Below are positions 12,951 to 25,644 of a DNA stretch of 44,560 bases, in pieces. Under the pieces are notes generated by a model that did not search any database, was not told the origin of the DNA, and saw only the letters and a program-made list of their open reading frames with translations. The stretch is from Octopus sinensis. Its lineage: Eukaryota. A program made the translations under genes and the position numbers. The stretch is taken from the NCBI RefSeq assembly GCF_006345805.1, contig NW_021835925.1:1-44560 (forward strand). Reading direction: 5' to 3'. Within the stretch, counting starts at the first letter, position 1; each line of letters begins with the position of its first letter.

Positions 12951-13379
12951 GTAAGACGCCGAAATGTCACTTTAAATGATACATCCATTGTACACCATTT
13001 TAAAAGCTAATTGTTATGCGCGGAGATAACTTGAATAATTTAATAAGCTTCAACATTCTGATTATTGAGTAAAATTAAATCTACATTCTATTCTGTTCTA
13101 TTCTTCTTCTATTGTAATGGTTTGATGTCAAGTTAATCCTACCGAAGTGTACTCCATAATCCTTTGGATGGTAGATAATTCATGTAAATTCTCGCTGTTC
13201 TTGTAAAGTCCTCAGTAGTAATTGTTGTTGCTGTTAATGTTTAACCCCGAGTTGCTTTTAATAGATAAGACCCATAGCCCGTCACGTTCTATAGAGTATA
13301 AGCCATCGACAACTGCCCACCCCTGCTCTGTTCTTCACTCTGGGTTGTCCTCTCGCGGGTGTTGATGGGTTCTGAATCG

Positions 13380-13580
13380 TCGACGATGGTTTCTATAGCT
13401 TCGTATTTTTCCCTTAGATAGGGATGTTGGCCCTATGCAAACCCACTTTTATCTCTGGGAAGAGGTGATCCATATTTGTCTGGTCTCCCGCAATGGGAGT
13501 CCCTACTTGGAACTTACGCTCCGTTGGCATAGCGCTGACAGTCATTGAGGCCCACGAGCCACGCCGCCTCAGCATACACT
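13380..13580 (-). mobile_element. Possible degraded RTE-clade 5' UTR
   Basis: tgggagtccctacttggaacttacgctccgttggcatagcgctgacagtcattgaggcccacgagcc resembles, from memory, the reverse of Expander/RTE 5' UTRs. Confidence 0.4.
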
Positions 13581-13824
13581 GGAAAGTGTTGTGGATTGTC
13601 TATCTAGGAATACATTATACAAAATACCAATGCCTTTTTGAATTTACAAGAGTGAGAATAATTTTCAGCCTTGTTTGTTTTTTCTCAAGGGCGGCCAAGT
13701 GGGGGCGGGGAGCACCAGCTTTAACAATTTTTAGACGATCAAATCGATTCTTCTCCCATCCAGTGTTTAATTTTGATCCTGGAATTTACCTTAGTGATAT
13801 CCTTCTGTGTATCGTTGAGTTACG

Positions 13825-13850
13825 TGACACACACACACACACACGCAATA

Positions 13851-13886
<36 letters not shown>

Positions 13887-14340
13887 TGTATGTATAATGT
13901 ATGTATGTATGTATGTATATATATATGTATATATGTGTATATATATATACATATATATATATACATATATATAATATTTATATATATATGTATATATATA
14001 TGTATATATATATATACATATATATACATATTATATATGTATATATATATATATTTACATATATATATATATATATATATGCATATATACATATATATAC
14101 ATATATAAATATATATATATATACACATACATATATATAAATATACATATATATAAATATACATATATATATATATATAAATATAAGCAGTCACATTCAC
14201 AAAAACCACAGATATATGTATATATATATGTATATACATACACACGCACAATATACTATCATCAGCGTATATACTAACATAACTCCATAACACACTCACA
14301 CACATATATATATATACATATATATGTACATACACACACG
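13825..14340. repeat. (CA)/(TATG)/(TA) compound microsatellite
   Basis: Direct. Confidence 0.9.
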
Positions 14341-14841
14341 AAACACACAATGAAATGAAGAAAATAGAAAACTACACCCTCTTCGACTATACTGACATTA
14401 AAATTATGGGCATATAATACGTAAAAAATGCTGCGATAGTAACAATAATCATAACATCAAGCACAGTAACATCAACAACGATATCAACATGTTGTATGAT
14501 AGATATCGTATCAATAGAAGACGTAATGAAATGTCAGATAATGATATCTCTACAGTATAGGAGGAAATAAATACGCTTAATCCATAACATATAAAAATAA
14601 TGCACAAATGTCTATATATATACAAATAAAAATTGCGGATTATGCTTAGCTGTTGATTATTTCTCACTTCCCACACATATTTGTATGGATGGATGGATGA
14701 ATGGATGGATGCATATATTTGCGTGTGTTTACGTGTGTACATTTATATATATATATATATATAAATGCATATATAAATATATACATGGGATATAAATGTG
14801 TGTGTGTATATGTGTATCCGTATGTGCGTATATGAATATGC

Positions 14842-14878
<37 letters not shown>

Positions 14879-15384
14879 AAATTTAGAGGACTGATCACTA
14901 AAAGTGGACAGCCTTTATGCTAGATATAGACGTCAAAATTGCCATTTTCCATGAAGAATGTGTTCCAAAGAAAAATCTCAGCAAAAAAATAACAAAGTGT
15001 AAAAATAAGCAAGACTAATGAAAATATACGAAAAAATAAAAAAAACGATTACCTATGTACTAATTACGTATAGGGATACGTAAACATCTGCAAGATCATC
15101 AGCATAGTCTGTCGTTTACAAAACACAATTTCCAGAACAAGATACAGAAACACTCAACCGAAATCCAGCACGTATAAAGCTCTACAAATTATATTCATGT
15201 GTATCTTTCAAATGCCTTCACTTTGGCGCGCTGCGATCGGAAATTCACTCTGCAGTTAATAAACTACAGCAGTCAATTTAACGGTTAGAGAACATTTTTT
15301 AAAATTAAATAAGGGTAGAAATTGATAATAATCAATTAAAACCAGTGGTCTAGCATATTTTAAAAAACCCGAAGATTAAAAATT

Positions 15385-15445
15385 TTGGGCAAGTGTCGTC
15401 TACCATAGCCTCGGGCCGACTTACGCCTTGTGAATAGATTTGGTA
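15385..15445 (+). mobile_element. SINE family A CORE-like fragment
   Basis: ttgggcaagtgtcgtctaccatagcctcgggccgac...gccttgtgaatagatttggta. Confidence 0.8.
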
Positions 15446-15990
<545 letters not shown>

Positions 15991-16194
15991 ATCTAATTAA
16001 TGGAGTGTGGAATTCCATTTTTCAAATCTTAACATTAAATCTTAAAAGATGTTGAAAGCAATCTTCGCAAGGAATTTTATTCCCACCATATTTGGATAAT
16101 TTGCCGAGTTCTATGCAGACATAAATTCCCTTTGAACGTTTCATAAGTAAAATCAATTAACTTTATTTTCGCTGGAATAATGAGCCAAGTAGTA

Positions 16195-16241
<47 letters not shown>

Positions 16242-16289
16242 TGATGATGATGATGATGATGATGATAATTATTATTGTTATTATTATTA

Positions 16290-16325
<36 letters not shown>

Positions 16326-16472
16326 AAAACGAATATCATCATCATTATCATCATCGTCGTCGTCATCATCATCATCATCACCACCAACATCAATTTCTTG
16401 TTGTTGTTGCTGTTGTTGTTGTTGTTGTTGTTGTTCTTCTTCTTCTTCTTCTTCTTCTTATTATTATTATTA

Positions 16473-16544
<72 letters not shown>

Positions 16545-16577
16545 GTATCTATCTATCTATATATATATATAAATCCA

Positions 16578-16627
<50 letters not shown>
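16195..16627. repeat. (AAT)(GAT)(ATT)(CAT)(GTT)(CTT)(ATT) compound trinucleotide array
   Basis: Direct. Confidence 0.95.
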
Positions 16628-17258
16628 GATAGTGCATAATAATTTAGCAGGTTGTAACCACTAGTCTCCCCAAATCCTCCATAGGATTCTTGCAGAATAT
16701 AAAATGGTACTTTTCTGCAAGTCGACAAAGCAAGTTTCAATTGCAATCTCTCTTAGTCTTTAAGGTATCATTTTGGATATTTTGTAACGTGCACCAAATA
16801 CAAGAATGACTATTGTCTTGGTCTTTCATAGTCTTGTCAGTTCTCTGGATAGACCCTGATATATCTCAATGTTTTCCAATGTGCTATCGATTCCGTTATC
16901 CCGGAGAATTACAATATCTATGATCTTACAGTGTTCGTTTAATGTATTTTCTATGATCATATCCAGCCTATTTGCTTCATTAGCATGGTCAATTTTTATG
17001 AGAAAATCCCCCAAAATCTAATTCTTATTTTCTATTACAGCTTCCGGTTCGTGATCATACCACCTTTCTGTTACTTTAAGTCACACCCTCTGCTTTAACT
17101 CTAACATCTCAATGTGCTCTTTGGCCTTCACAATCATGTTTGCGCTTATACTCCTTTTGTGATAGCATACTGCACTCATTCAAAATGTTATTAATACGTT
17201 TGCCTCTTTTCCTGCGGTTTCTACATTTGCTGCTGAGTACAGATTTCGTCGAGAGATA
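16628..17258 (-). mobile_element. R4/Dong-clade non-LTR retrotransposon 3' fragment, heavily degraded (copy A)
   Basis: Minus translation SKCRNRRKRGKRINNILNECSMLSQKEYKRKHD...ERWYDHEPEAVIEN...GDFLIKIDHANEANRLDMII aligns by eye with copy D; ends in (TAA)n. Confidence 0.8.
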
Positions 17259-17259
17259 T

Positions 17260-17848
17260 TATAGTATGACTCAAAGCCTGGGGAGGGTAACTGGCAGGGG
17301 CAGTAGCCAAATATCTTCATGTAATACAACACAGACATTTAAATGGATAGAATTTTTCTAAGGATGTGGACAGTACTTGTCAGCACAATCTTTTAGATTT
17401 CTCTGAGATATGGTTCTCCTGGGATATTATCTAGATACTTCTGACATCCCTTTCCTATCATTCCTAAGGCACCTATAATAACAGGAACAGTTCTCGCTTT
17501 GAGATGCCACATTTTTGTATTTCAATTTCCAGGTCTTTATATTTACTTAGTTTGTCAAATTCCTTTACAGATATATTTTTATCAGTGGGAACACTTACAT
17601 TCATTAGTGTACAAGTCTTTTCTTTTCTGTCTTTAATAATTATGTCTGGAAAATCCCAGAGACTAGTAACATTTATACCTTCAGTGACTGGCTCAGGATA
17701 ATTGTCATACCAGTACGTAGGAGTGCTGATTTTGTAGTGTGTGCATATTTTCCAATGTAAATACTGTCCTGCCCTATAGTGGCGAGTTTTGTATTCGCTT
17801 GGTGTCACAGGACGTCTTGAGACAAGATAGTCTATTGTTCCGTCAAAT
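17260..17848 (-). mobile_element. R4/Dong-clade 3' fragment with internal deletion (copy B)
   Basis: TIDYLVS..TPSEYKTRHYRAGQYLHWKIC...WDF/PDIIIKD...KEFDKLSKYKDLEIEI...IGALGMIGKG...HILRKILSI*; about 12 codons missing between WDF and PD. Confidence 0.9.
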
Positions 17849-17904
17849 ATGCCACGGAATCATCATAATCCCCCTCATCCTCCTGCTCATCTTCATCATC
17901 ATCA

Positions 17905-18030
17905 CCATAATTATTGCCTTTGCACAACTTCTAACGCTGGAGTTGTACTGCAGTGTCAGCTGTTCACTACCAGTGAACTAAGGTAACATCCCTTATTTTT
18001 CGAGCACCTTCTGGAGTATTCGAGCGGTTC
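17905..18030 (-). mobile_element. R4/Dong-clade extreme 3' end (copy C)
   Basis: TARILQKVLEK* (stop 17993-17995) plus about 90 bp 3' UTR; same C-terminal motif as GTARITRKVLE at 31980-32020. Confidence 0.7.
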
Positions 18031-18039
18031 ATTCTTCAT

Positions 18040-18194
18040 TCTTCTTCTTCTTCTTCTTCTTCTTCTTTTCTTCTCTTCTTTTTTTCTTCTTTGTCTTTTT
18101 CTTTTTCTTTTTCTTCTTTTCTTTTTCTTTTTCTTCTTCTCTTTTCTTCTTCTTCTTCTTCTTCTTATCTTATTATATTATTATATTATTATTA

Positions 18195-18251
<57 letters not shown>

Positions 18252-18257
18252 TACTTA
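18040..18257. repeat. (TTC)n then (ATT)n
   Basis: Direct; the ATT part is the tail/target of copy D. Confidence 0.95.
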
Positions 18258-19357
18258 TTTTTTTCTTCTTTCAAATTTGCTTCCATTTCTTGCCGAGTGT
18301 CTTCCCGACTCCTAGGGCAAAGAAACTCATAGTATACATTGGTAGGCCATTAAACCAAACTCAGTAGTTCGTTATTTTTTCTTTTTTTAAAGTTAAATTA
18401 AAATACATGAGCAGCAACAGTTCTCACATCGACAATGCTCTTCTCAATACGTGTGATGTACAGTTAAGACAATCTTTTGCACTTCTTGCAGGGATGGTAA
18501 GCCAGGGATCATTCTCATATAATTTTCGGTTCCCTTCTTGATCATTCCTAGTGCTCCTACGATCACTGGTATTGTAACGCCTTGAGATGCCACATTTTCT
18601 CAATTTCAATGAGTAGGTCTTTATATTTTCTGAGCTTGTCAAACTCTTTCGCTGAGATATTATGATCACAGGGATGCTCATGTCGATCAATAAGCAAACT
18701 TTATTGTTTTGGTCTTTCACAACAATATCTGGTTTATTGGCCTTGATGGTTCGGTCTGTATGTACTGGAAAGTCCCACAGAATGGTTACATTTTCTCCTT
18801 CAGTTACAGCCTCAGGGTGGTGATTATACCACTTGTCGGCAGTTTTGATATTGTAATGCCGACTTATTAGCCAGTGGAGATATTGGCCAACTCTGTCATG
18901 TCTTAATTTATACGCCACTGGTGCTAAGACTTTACATCCAGAGATTAGGTGGTCCACTGTTTCAATCATGTCGTTGCAGAATCGGCATTTTGGGTCTGCT
19001 CCATTTTTCATCACATTGGCCTGGTAGTTCCGGGTTAATAGGCTTTGATCTTGAGCAGCCAGGATGAAACCTTCGCTCTCTGCTTTTAGCCCTGAGCTCC
19101 GTAGCCACTGATGGGTTTGCTTCTGGTCAACATCAGCTTGTTTGCTGCGGGTCACATATTTGCCGTGCAGAGGTTTCTCCTCCCACCTACCAGCCAATTG
19201 CTCGTGCGCTTTATTCGTTGCCATCATTTTCACCTTCTTTGCAACAATAGTTGCCGTACTTCCCTCGGGTTGTTCAGTTTGGGTATACTGCACGAGATCA
19301 ATAGCAAATTTTTTGCTTTCCTTTATGATAGAATGAAGCTTCTTTCGTCTCTCGTGA

Positions 19358-19359
<2 letters not shown>
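18258..19359 (-). mobile_element. R4/Dong-clade non-LTR retrotransposon, 5'-truncated (copy D), inserted in (TAA)n
   Basis: (ATT)n on both flanks; coding region followed by about 165 bp 3' UTR. Confidence 0.95.
18424..19359 (-). pseudogene. C-terminal part of R4/Dong ORF: CCHC zinc knuckle plus restriction-like endonuclease
   Basis: KPLHGKY, ESEGFILAAQDQ, CRFC...ETVDHLISGC, RHD, ILWDF...ANKPDIVV...IDMSIP; no true start codon; three single-base frameshifts near the C-terminus. Confidence 0.95.
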
Positions 19360-19420
<61 letters not shown>

Positions 19421-19480
19421 CATCATCATCATCATTATCCTCCTCCTCATCATCATCATCATCATCATCATCATTTTATA
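19360..19480. repeat. (ATT)n/(CAT)n
   Basis: Direct. Confidence 0.95.
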
Positions 19481-19599
19481 ACGTAAAATAAGCAACTATT
19501 TTGTCCATCATATGTTTGTTGGTTTAATTTAATTAAATTTGATTTAATTTTAACATTTTATTAATCAGAAAGTGATACACTTGAATTTGTGCTTTTTGA

Positions 19600-20030
19600 C
19601 ATAGACATACATACATACATACATACATACGTGCGTACATATACACCTACATACATTCATTCATGCATATATACACACATACACACATACACATATATAT
19701 TTACATATGTGATTATATATATATATATGAATATAAATATATAAAAACTATATATGCATATATGTGATTCTAAGTAGATATGTATGAATGTTTGCTTGCA
19801 TGCATGCATTTATGAATTTATGCATGCATGTATGTATGTATGTATGTATGTATGTATGTATGTATGTATGTATGTATGTATGTATGTATGTATGTATCTA
19901 TCTATCTATCTATCTATATACATATATATATCTATATACAAACATGGAAAACGCATACTCACACGAATGTATATGTGCGCGATGGTGTGAATAAATGTAT
20001 GCTTACACACACACACACATCAATCAATCA

Positions 20031-20122
<92 letters not shown>

Positions 20123-20201
20123 GCAGTATATATATTATATATATATAAATACATATATATATACATATATATAATATACATATAATATATAATATATATA
20201 T

Positions 20202-20235
<34 letters not shown>

Positions 20236-20240
20236 AATCC
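19600..20240. repeat. (CATA)/(TATG)/(TATC)/(TA) block
   Basis: Direct. Confidence 0.9.
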
Positions 20241-21560
20241 AATTATCTATACATTACACACACATAAACATATGCAAACATCCAGATACAGAAATCCACA
20301 GTCTGGCTCAGACAAACGCACACAAACACATATATACACACGCACACAGACACACACACACACACGCATCCACTTCCGAAGTCATCCTAATATAAGACAG
20401 CATAAGTCACCTAACTCATCAGTCATGATCGAGAGCCAAGTAAAGTAATTATGATTAAAAACTAATTGTTACCTCATTAATCATTATTTCTCAACAAACA
20501 TCTAATTAACTTTTTACAGATATCGGAAAACGTTGTAAATGCGCTGGTTTAGCTTTTGTTACGGCTGTTATTTAGCCCTGGGTCACCCCCCCCCTTGAGA
20601 AGATCTCTGATAAAGTGCAAATACAGTCTTATGTATCGCTTTGCCTATTAAGACGTTAGTTTATCTTTTGAGGGAGATTTCGTCGTTATTTCTAGCATAT
20701 TCAGTGACGACAGAAGCTTCCTCGTTGGCTTGTTTCTAAATGAGCTTTTGTCATTCTGTTCCTCAATGGATATATGATCATTGGGGTTACCAGTCGTGGC
20801 CATCCCTTTAATTTAGAAGTACCCAAGATTAAACTATTCAATATGTTTGTTGTTGTTTCCCTTCAGATGACAGAGTGAATATTAAGACGAATATTAGCTG
20901 CTATATCTAGCAGCTTTGCAACCACATAAAGGGCTGTTCGTTCTCTCGTTCGTAAATAAGTTTTAAAATGACGGTTGTCCTTGACTCTTTGTCATTTTGT
21001 TTAAACCACATTTGAATATATCGATTTCTGTAGGTATTTTGTAAGGGGTTTGCTTCCCAATGCTATTGTTCCGGATTTTTATTGTGCTTTCCCCCCAATA
21101 TAATATGTGTGCATGTATGTGTGTGTGTATGTGTGTGCATGTGTATAATTTAACGAAACATTCTACGACCAACGAGAAATTGAATCCCAACCGTCTTTTT
21201 CTGTGCACAAAGTGTGAAAGACCATACTTTTTTCTTTTGCTGGGCTCAAATCTCATTTCTGGGCCCCTCGATATCGAACTTCTACCATCTACTCTACCTA
21301 TATATTCTCTGCGTGCCTGTCAATGCCATATGTGACACAAGGTCTGCAAATCTAACGGAGGCCTCAAAATACATTTTAAGTTCCCAAAACACCAGAACTT
21401 AACTGCAGTTGTTGGTGGTCGGAAGCATATATGCAATTTATAGGGTTCGCTTTCAAAACATTGCCTGTTTTAAAAAGCCACATCTCACGCCATGATAGAT
21501 CTAAGATGCAAGTAGAACAAGGGACCAGACTGAATAATAAGACAAACACCATATATATAT

Positions 21561-21633
<73 letters not shown>

Positions 21634-21993
21634 CTCTTTTGCTTGTTTCACTCATTTGACTGTGGTCATGCTGGAGCACCGCCTTTAGTCGAACAAATTT
21701 ACCTCAGGGCTTATTCTTTGCAAGCCTAGTACTTATTCTATCGGTCTCTTTTGCCGAACAGCTAAGTTACAGGGATATAAACACACCAGCATCGGTTGTC
21801 AAGCGATGGTGGGGGGGACAAACACAGACACACACATACATATATATATATACATATATACGACGGGTTTCTTTCAGTTTCCGTCTACCAAATCCACTCA
21901 CAAGGCTTTGGTCGTCCCGAGGCTATAGTAGAAGATACTTGCCCAAGTGTGGTTGGTAAGCAAGCTACTTACCACACAGCCACTCCTACGCCT
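21634..21993 (-). mobile_element. SINE family A, near full length, with about 30 bp deletion removing the B box
   Basis: Well-preserved copy; cttgcccaag joins directly to tgtggttggtaagc, lacking the gtgccacgcagtgggactgaaccc segment seen at 11550-11585. Confidence 0.92.
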
Positions 21994-22003
21994 ATATATA
22001 TAT

Positions 22004-22434
22004 GAATGGAACAAAAACACAATAGAGGGCATTAAATTTTTTTTAACAAACACACGACACAAATGCAAACAAGAGAAACAACAATTAGAAGGATAGGCAA
22101 AAGAGGCGGGTCATTCTTGCCTTTCTTTCATCTGTCAAGTGCCAGAAGTCACGACTATTTCGGACAGTAGCACTTGAGATGGTTCGATCTGGTTGTCCCC
22201 CAAAAAATCTAACCTAAGAGCATTAGACCACTTTGTAAGAAAGCTAGCGAATGTGTACAGCAACAAGTTGAAATCTATAGAAAAACAGAAGACGAAGACA
22301 GGTGTATGAACAACAAGCAGGTGTAATAGTTTGATACTCGGAAAAATGAAAAGTCTTTTACATTTCAAGCCTACGCTCTTCAACAGAAAGGAATAAGAGA
22401 AAATAGAGAGGGAATGAAAAAAAGAATGTAGGTT
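22004..22434 (-). mobile_element. Degraded Penelope-like pLTR-type repeat between (TA)n tracts
   Basis: 22110-22260 is homologous to 35286-35435; carries a decayed hammerhead motif; TA runs on both sides. Confidence 0.55.
22355..22390 (-). ncRNA. Decayed minimal type I hammerhead motif
   Basis: CTTT CTGTTGA A GAGC gtag GCTT GAAA TGT A AAAG: stem I intact, core A6>U, two C>T changes consistent with CpG decay. Confidence 0.6.
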
Positions 22435-23404
22435 TATATATATATATATATATTTAAAAAGTTTGTTACTCTCGCAATATTTTAGAAAATTTTTACTTAA
22501 AATAAGCATTTTTAATTATACATGAATATTAAAAAATTTGGAAGTTTTCATGTTGTGTGCTGTGTATGTTTGTAAGCGCTTTCACACGTGTTATGGCAAA
22601 GTCATAACAGATTATCACGTAATGCACGTGTTTGAAAAACTGAACGGTAAAAGCGCTTACACACACAATGCAAAAATTCCGTGTCAGTTTTTGAAGAAAT
22701 TTGTAATATTATTAATAAATTTTTATTTTCAGAGCATCTTTCTTCATCGCACAAACACACACAATGACACACACACGAACACACTCATACACACACATAC
22801 ACACACATACACTCATGCAAACACACACACGTACAATATGCGTGTTAGTGGCTGTGTGTTTCCTAGTCCAATCTACAATAATACATTATCGTATTACACC
22901 AGTCGGTGTAAATACCAAACGAACTCTCCGCGGGGATTATTCATGGGAAAAGACGGCAAACGACTCCGCTGATGTTATGTGCTTCCATATAATCAGCCGA
23001 ACATAAAGAAGACACAGAAAACACCACCACCACCACCACCACCACCAACAACAACAACACTTATAATAACAACAACAAAAAATTGAAAAAAGTATAATTA
23101 ATAAAAAATATAATTGATTAACTGATGTTATTTGCAGATATTGTAGAATTATAAGGGATGATTCGATCATCACGAATGCATATGTGGTGCTTTGTACTAA
23201 CATAATTCTTACACGTAATGCTATATTTGAAGATGTACGTGTGAGTATTGCGCGTGTCTGCATGTTTGTGTACATGTGTATGGGTATGTATGCTTTCAAT
23301 TGTGATGAAATAGATAGATAGAGAGAGAGAGAGTGAGAGGAAGAAAGATCAAGTGATACTTTTTTCTTCTCTCGAGCGTATCTTAGCATCGTGTATATAT
23401 TATT

Positions 23405-23779
23405 TTCTACTCTAGGCACAAGGCTCAAAATTTTGGGGAGGGGTCCAGTCGGTTAGATCGATCCTAGTACGCAACTGGTACTTATTTTATCGATCCCGAA
23501 AGGATGAAAGTTAAAGTCAACCTCGGCGGAATTTGAACTCAGAACGCAAAGACAGACGAAATACAAGGGGCTAAACACAGAGAGGACAAAGAAGGACAGA
23601 CACACGGTTTAAGTCGATTATACTGACCCCAGTGTGTGACTGGTACTTATTTAATCGACCCCGGAATGATGAAATGCAAAGACGACCTCTGCGGAATTTG
23701 TACTCAGAACGTGGTGGCAGTCGAATTACCGCTAAGCATTTCGGCCGGCTTGATAACGTTTCTCCCAGCTCTCCGCCTT
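23405..23779 (-). mobile_element. SINE family C dimer (head + body/tail-alpha + headless body/tail-beta)
   Basis: Two tandem bodies (gagttcaaattccgcc...cctttcgg.tcgat..aagtaccag) with different tails. Confidence 0.9.
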
Positions 23780-23799
23780 GCACCTCGCGTTTAGGCCCA

Positions 23800-23833
<34 letters not shown>

Positions 23834-23922
23834 TATATACGTACATATATACATATGCACACATCTATGTATATATATATATATTGATCAAAATAAAATA
23901 AAAACATGATGCGAAGGATTCA

Positions 23923-23999
23923 GCGGTACATATGTTTCGGGCCTTTATTAGACATTTTATAACAATGCATAATGTATGTCTGTGGCCTTCTTCAGCCGC
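23923..23999 (-). ncRNA. Type I hammerhead ribozyme, intact
   Basis: GCGG CTGAAGA A GGCC...GGCC C GAAA CATATG T A CCGC: 4 bp stem I, palindromic stem III ACATATGT, GUA cleavage triplet (cut between 23927 and 23926). Confidence 0.85.
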
Positions 24000-25644
24000 G
24001 CACAACAGCTTCCACAAGACATGTGTTCATCAGAAATTCTTGGTTGGGGATGCAAATCCTCTCATTCACGTACGACATAATGCGCAGCAGCATAGAATTG
24101 AAGCGTCCATCTCTTTCTCTCTCTCAATGTAGAATGAGGAAAATTGGATGTTGAGGTAATGTAAATAAATACATATATAGAGGTGAAGATGGAGGGGCGA
24201 CAGTTCGGGACGAGGGATAAAAAATGTATAAAAGTGTAAGTATAGAATAATATAAAAATGTAGAGGATAAAGATATAAGAGTTGTAAGGAGATGTAAAGG
24301 GGGTATAAAGAAATGTAAAGAAATATAACTAAATGTAAAGGCATAAGGTTATAAAGTAAAATAGAAATAGAAATAAAAGTAAAAAAACCTGATAAAAATG
24401 ATAAAAGTGTAAAAGAATGTAAAGATAAGGGATGTGTAGAGGTTACGGACCAAGCATGGTGGTCAGGAGATTGATAAAATAGTTGTAGAATTGTCAGTAA
24501 ATCAACAGTTCGTCTGGGGACCTAATGCGTTGTAAATCAGAGCTGATGAGCATTTAATCTGGTTCTGAATTAAATGGACTTCTAGTACATACATATCATC
24601 ATGGATACATACACCCACATACACGCGTACATATACGCCTCCAAGCTTATAAGCATACACACGCACTCGCGTGTAAACACGTACATAAACACACACGCAC
24701 CCACACGGACACACAGCCGTGTGTGCGTGCACGTATAGACATGAGTACGGGATTCTTTACATACGTTCTTATACACATCCTTTAATATCTTATACCTGGA
24801 CCTAGAGGCGTGGGCATATACGTGTGTGTATGTAGTGATGGGCGCGCGTATATACATGTGAGTGTGTACGCGTATAATGTCCGTGTATACATGCGGATAT
24901 TCTGTTGTTGTATGTATGTGTGTGTACGCGCGTGCGTGTGTGTTTATGTACGTGTTTACACGCGAGTGCGTGTGTATGCTTATAAGCTTGGAGGCGTATA
25001 TGTACGCGTGTATGTGGGTGTATGTATCCATGATGATATGTATGTACTAGAAGTCCATTTAATTCAAGGAACCAGATTAAATGCTCATCAGCTCTGATTT
25101 ACAACGCATTAGGTCCCCAGACGAAACTGTTGATTTACTGACAATTCTACAACTAAATTTTATCAATCTCCTGACCACCATGCTTGGTCCGTAACCTCTA
25201 CACATCCCTTATCTTTACATTCTTTTACACTTTTATCATGTTTTTATCAGGTTTTTTTACTTTTATTTCTATTTCTATTTTTACTTTATAACCTTATGCC
25301 TTTACATTTATTTATATTTCTTTATATTTCTTTATACCCCCTTTACATCTCCTTACAACTCTTTATATCTTTATCCTCTACATTTTTATATTATTCTATA
25401 CTTACACTTTTTATACATTTTTTATCCCTCGTCCCGAACTGTCGCCCCTTCATCTTCACCTCTATATATGTATTTATTTACATTACCTCAACATCCAATT
25501 TTCCTCATTCTACATTGAGAGAAGAAAGAGATGGACGCTTCAATTCTATGCTGCTGCCGCATTATGTCGTACGTGAATGAGAGGATTTGCATCCCCAACC
25601 AAGAATTTCTGATGTAACACATGTCCTTGTGGAAGCTGTTGTGC

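Noticed and set aside
13493-13897. 134 aa plus-strand ORF
   Set aside because: Runs across a probable antisense RTE UTR relic, a SINE scrap and a microsatellite; no coherent protein
14880-14960. Possible transposon terminus next to (TA)n
   Set aside because: No matching second end in the window
20370-20422. CTGATGA motif on the minus strand
   Set aside because: No GAAA partner or stem III
22571-22661. 12 bp inverted repeat tgtaagcgcttt/aaagcgcttaca
   Set aside because: Too short and flanking pairing too weak to call a MITE
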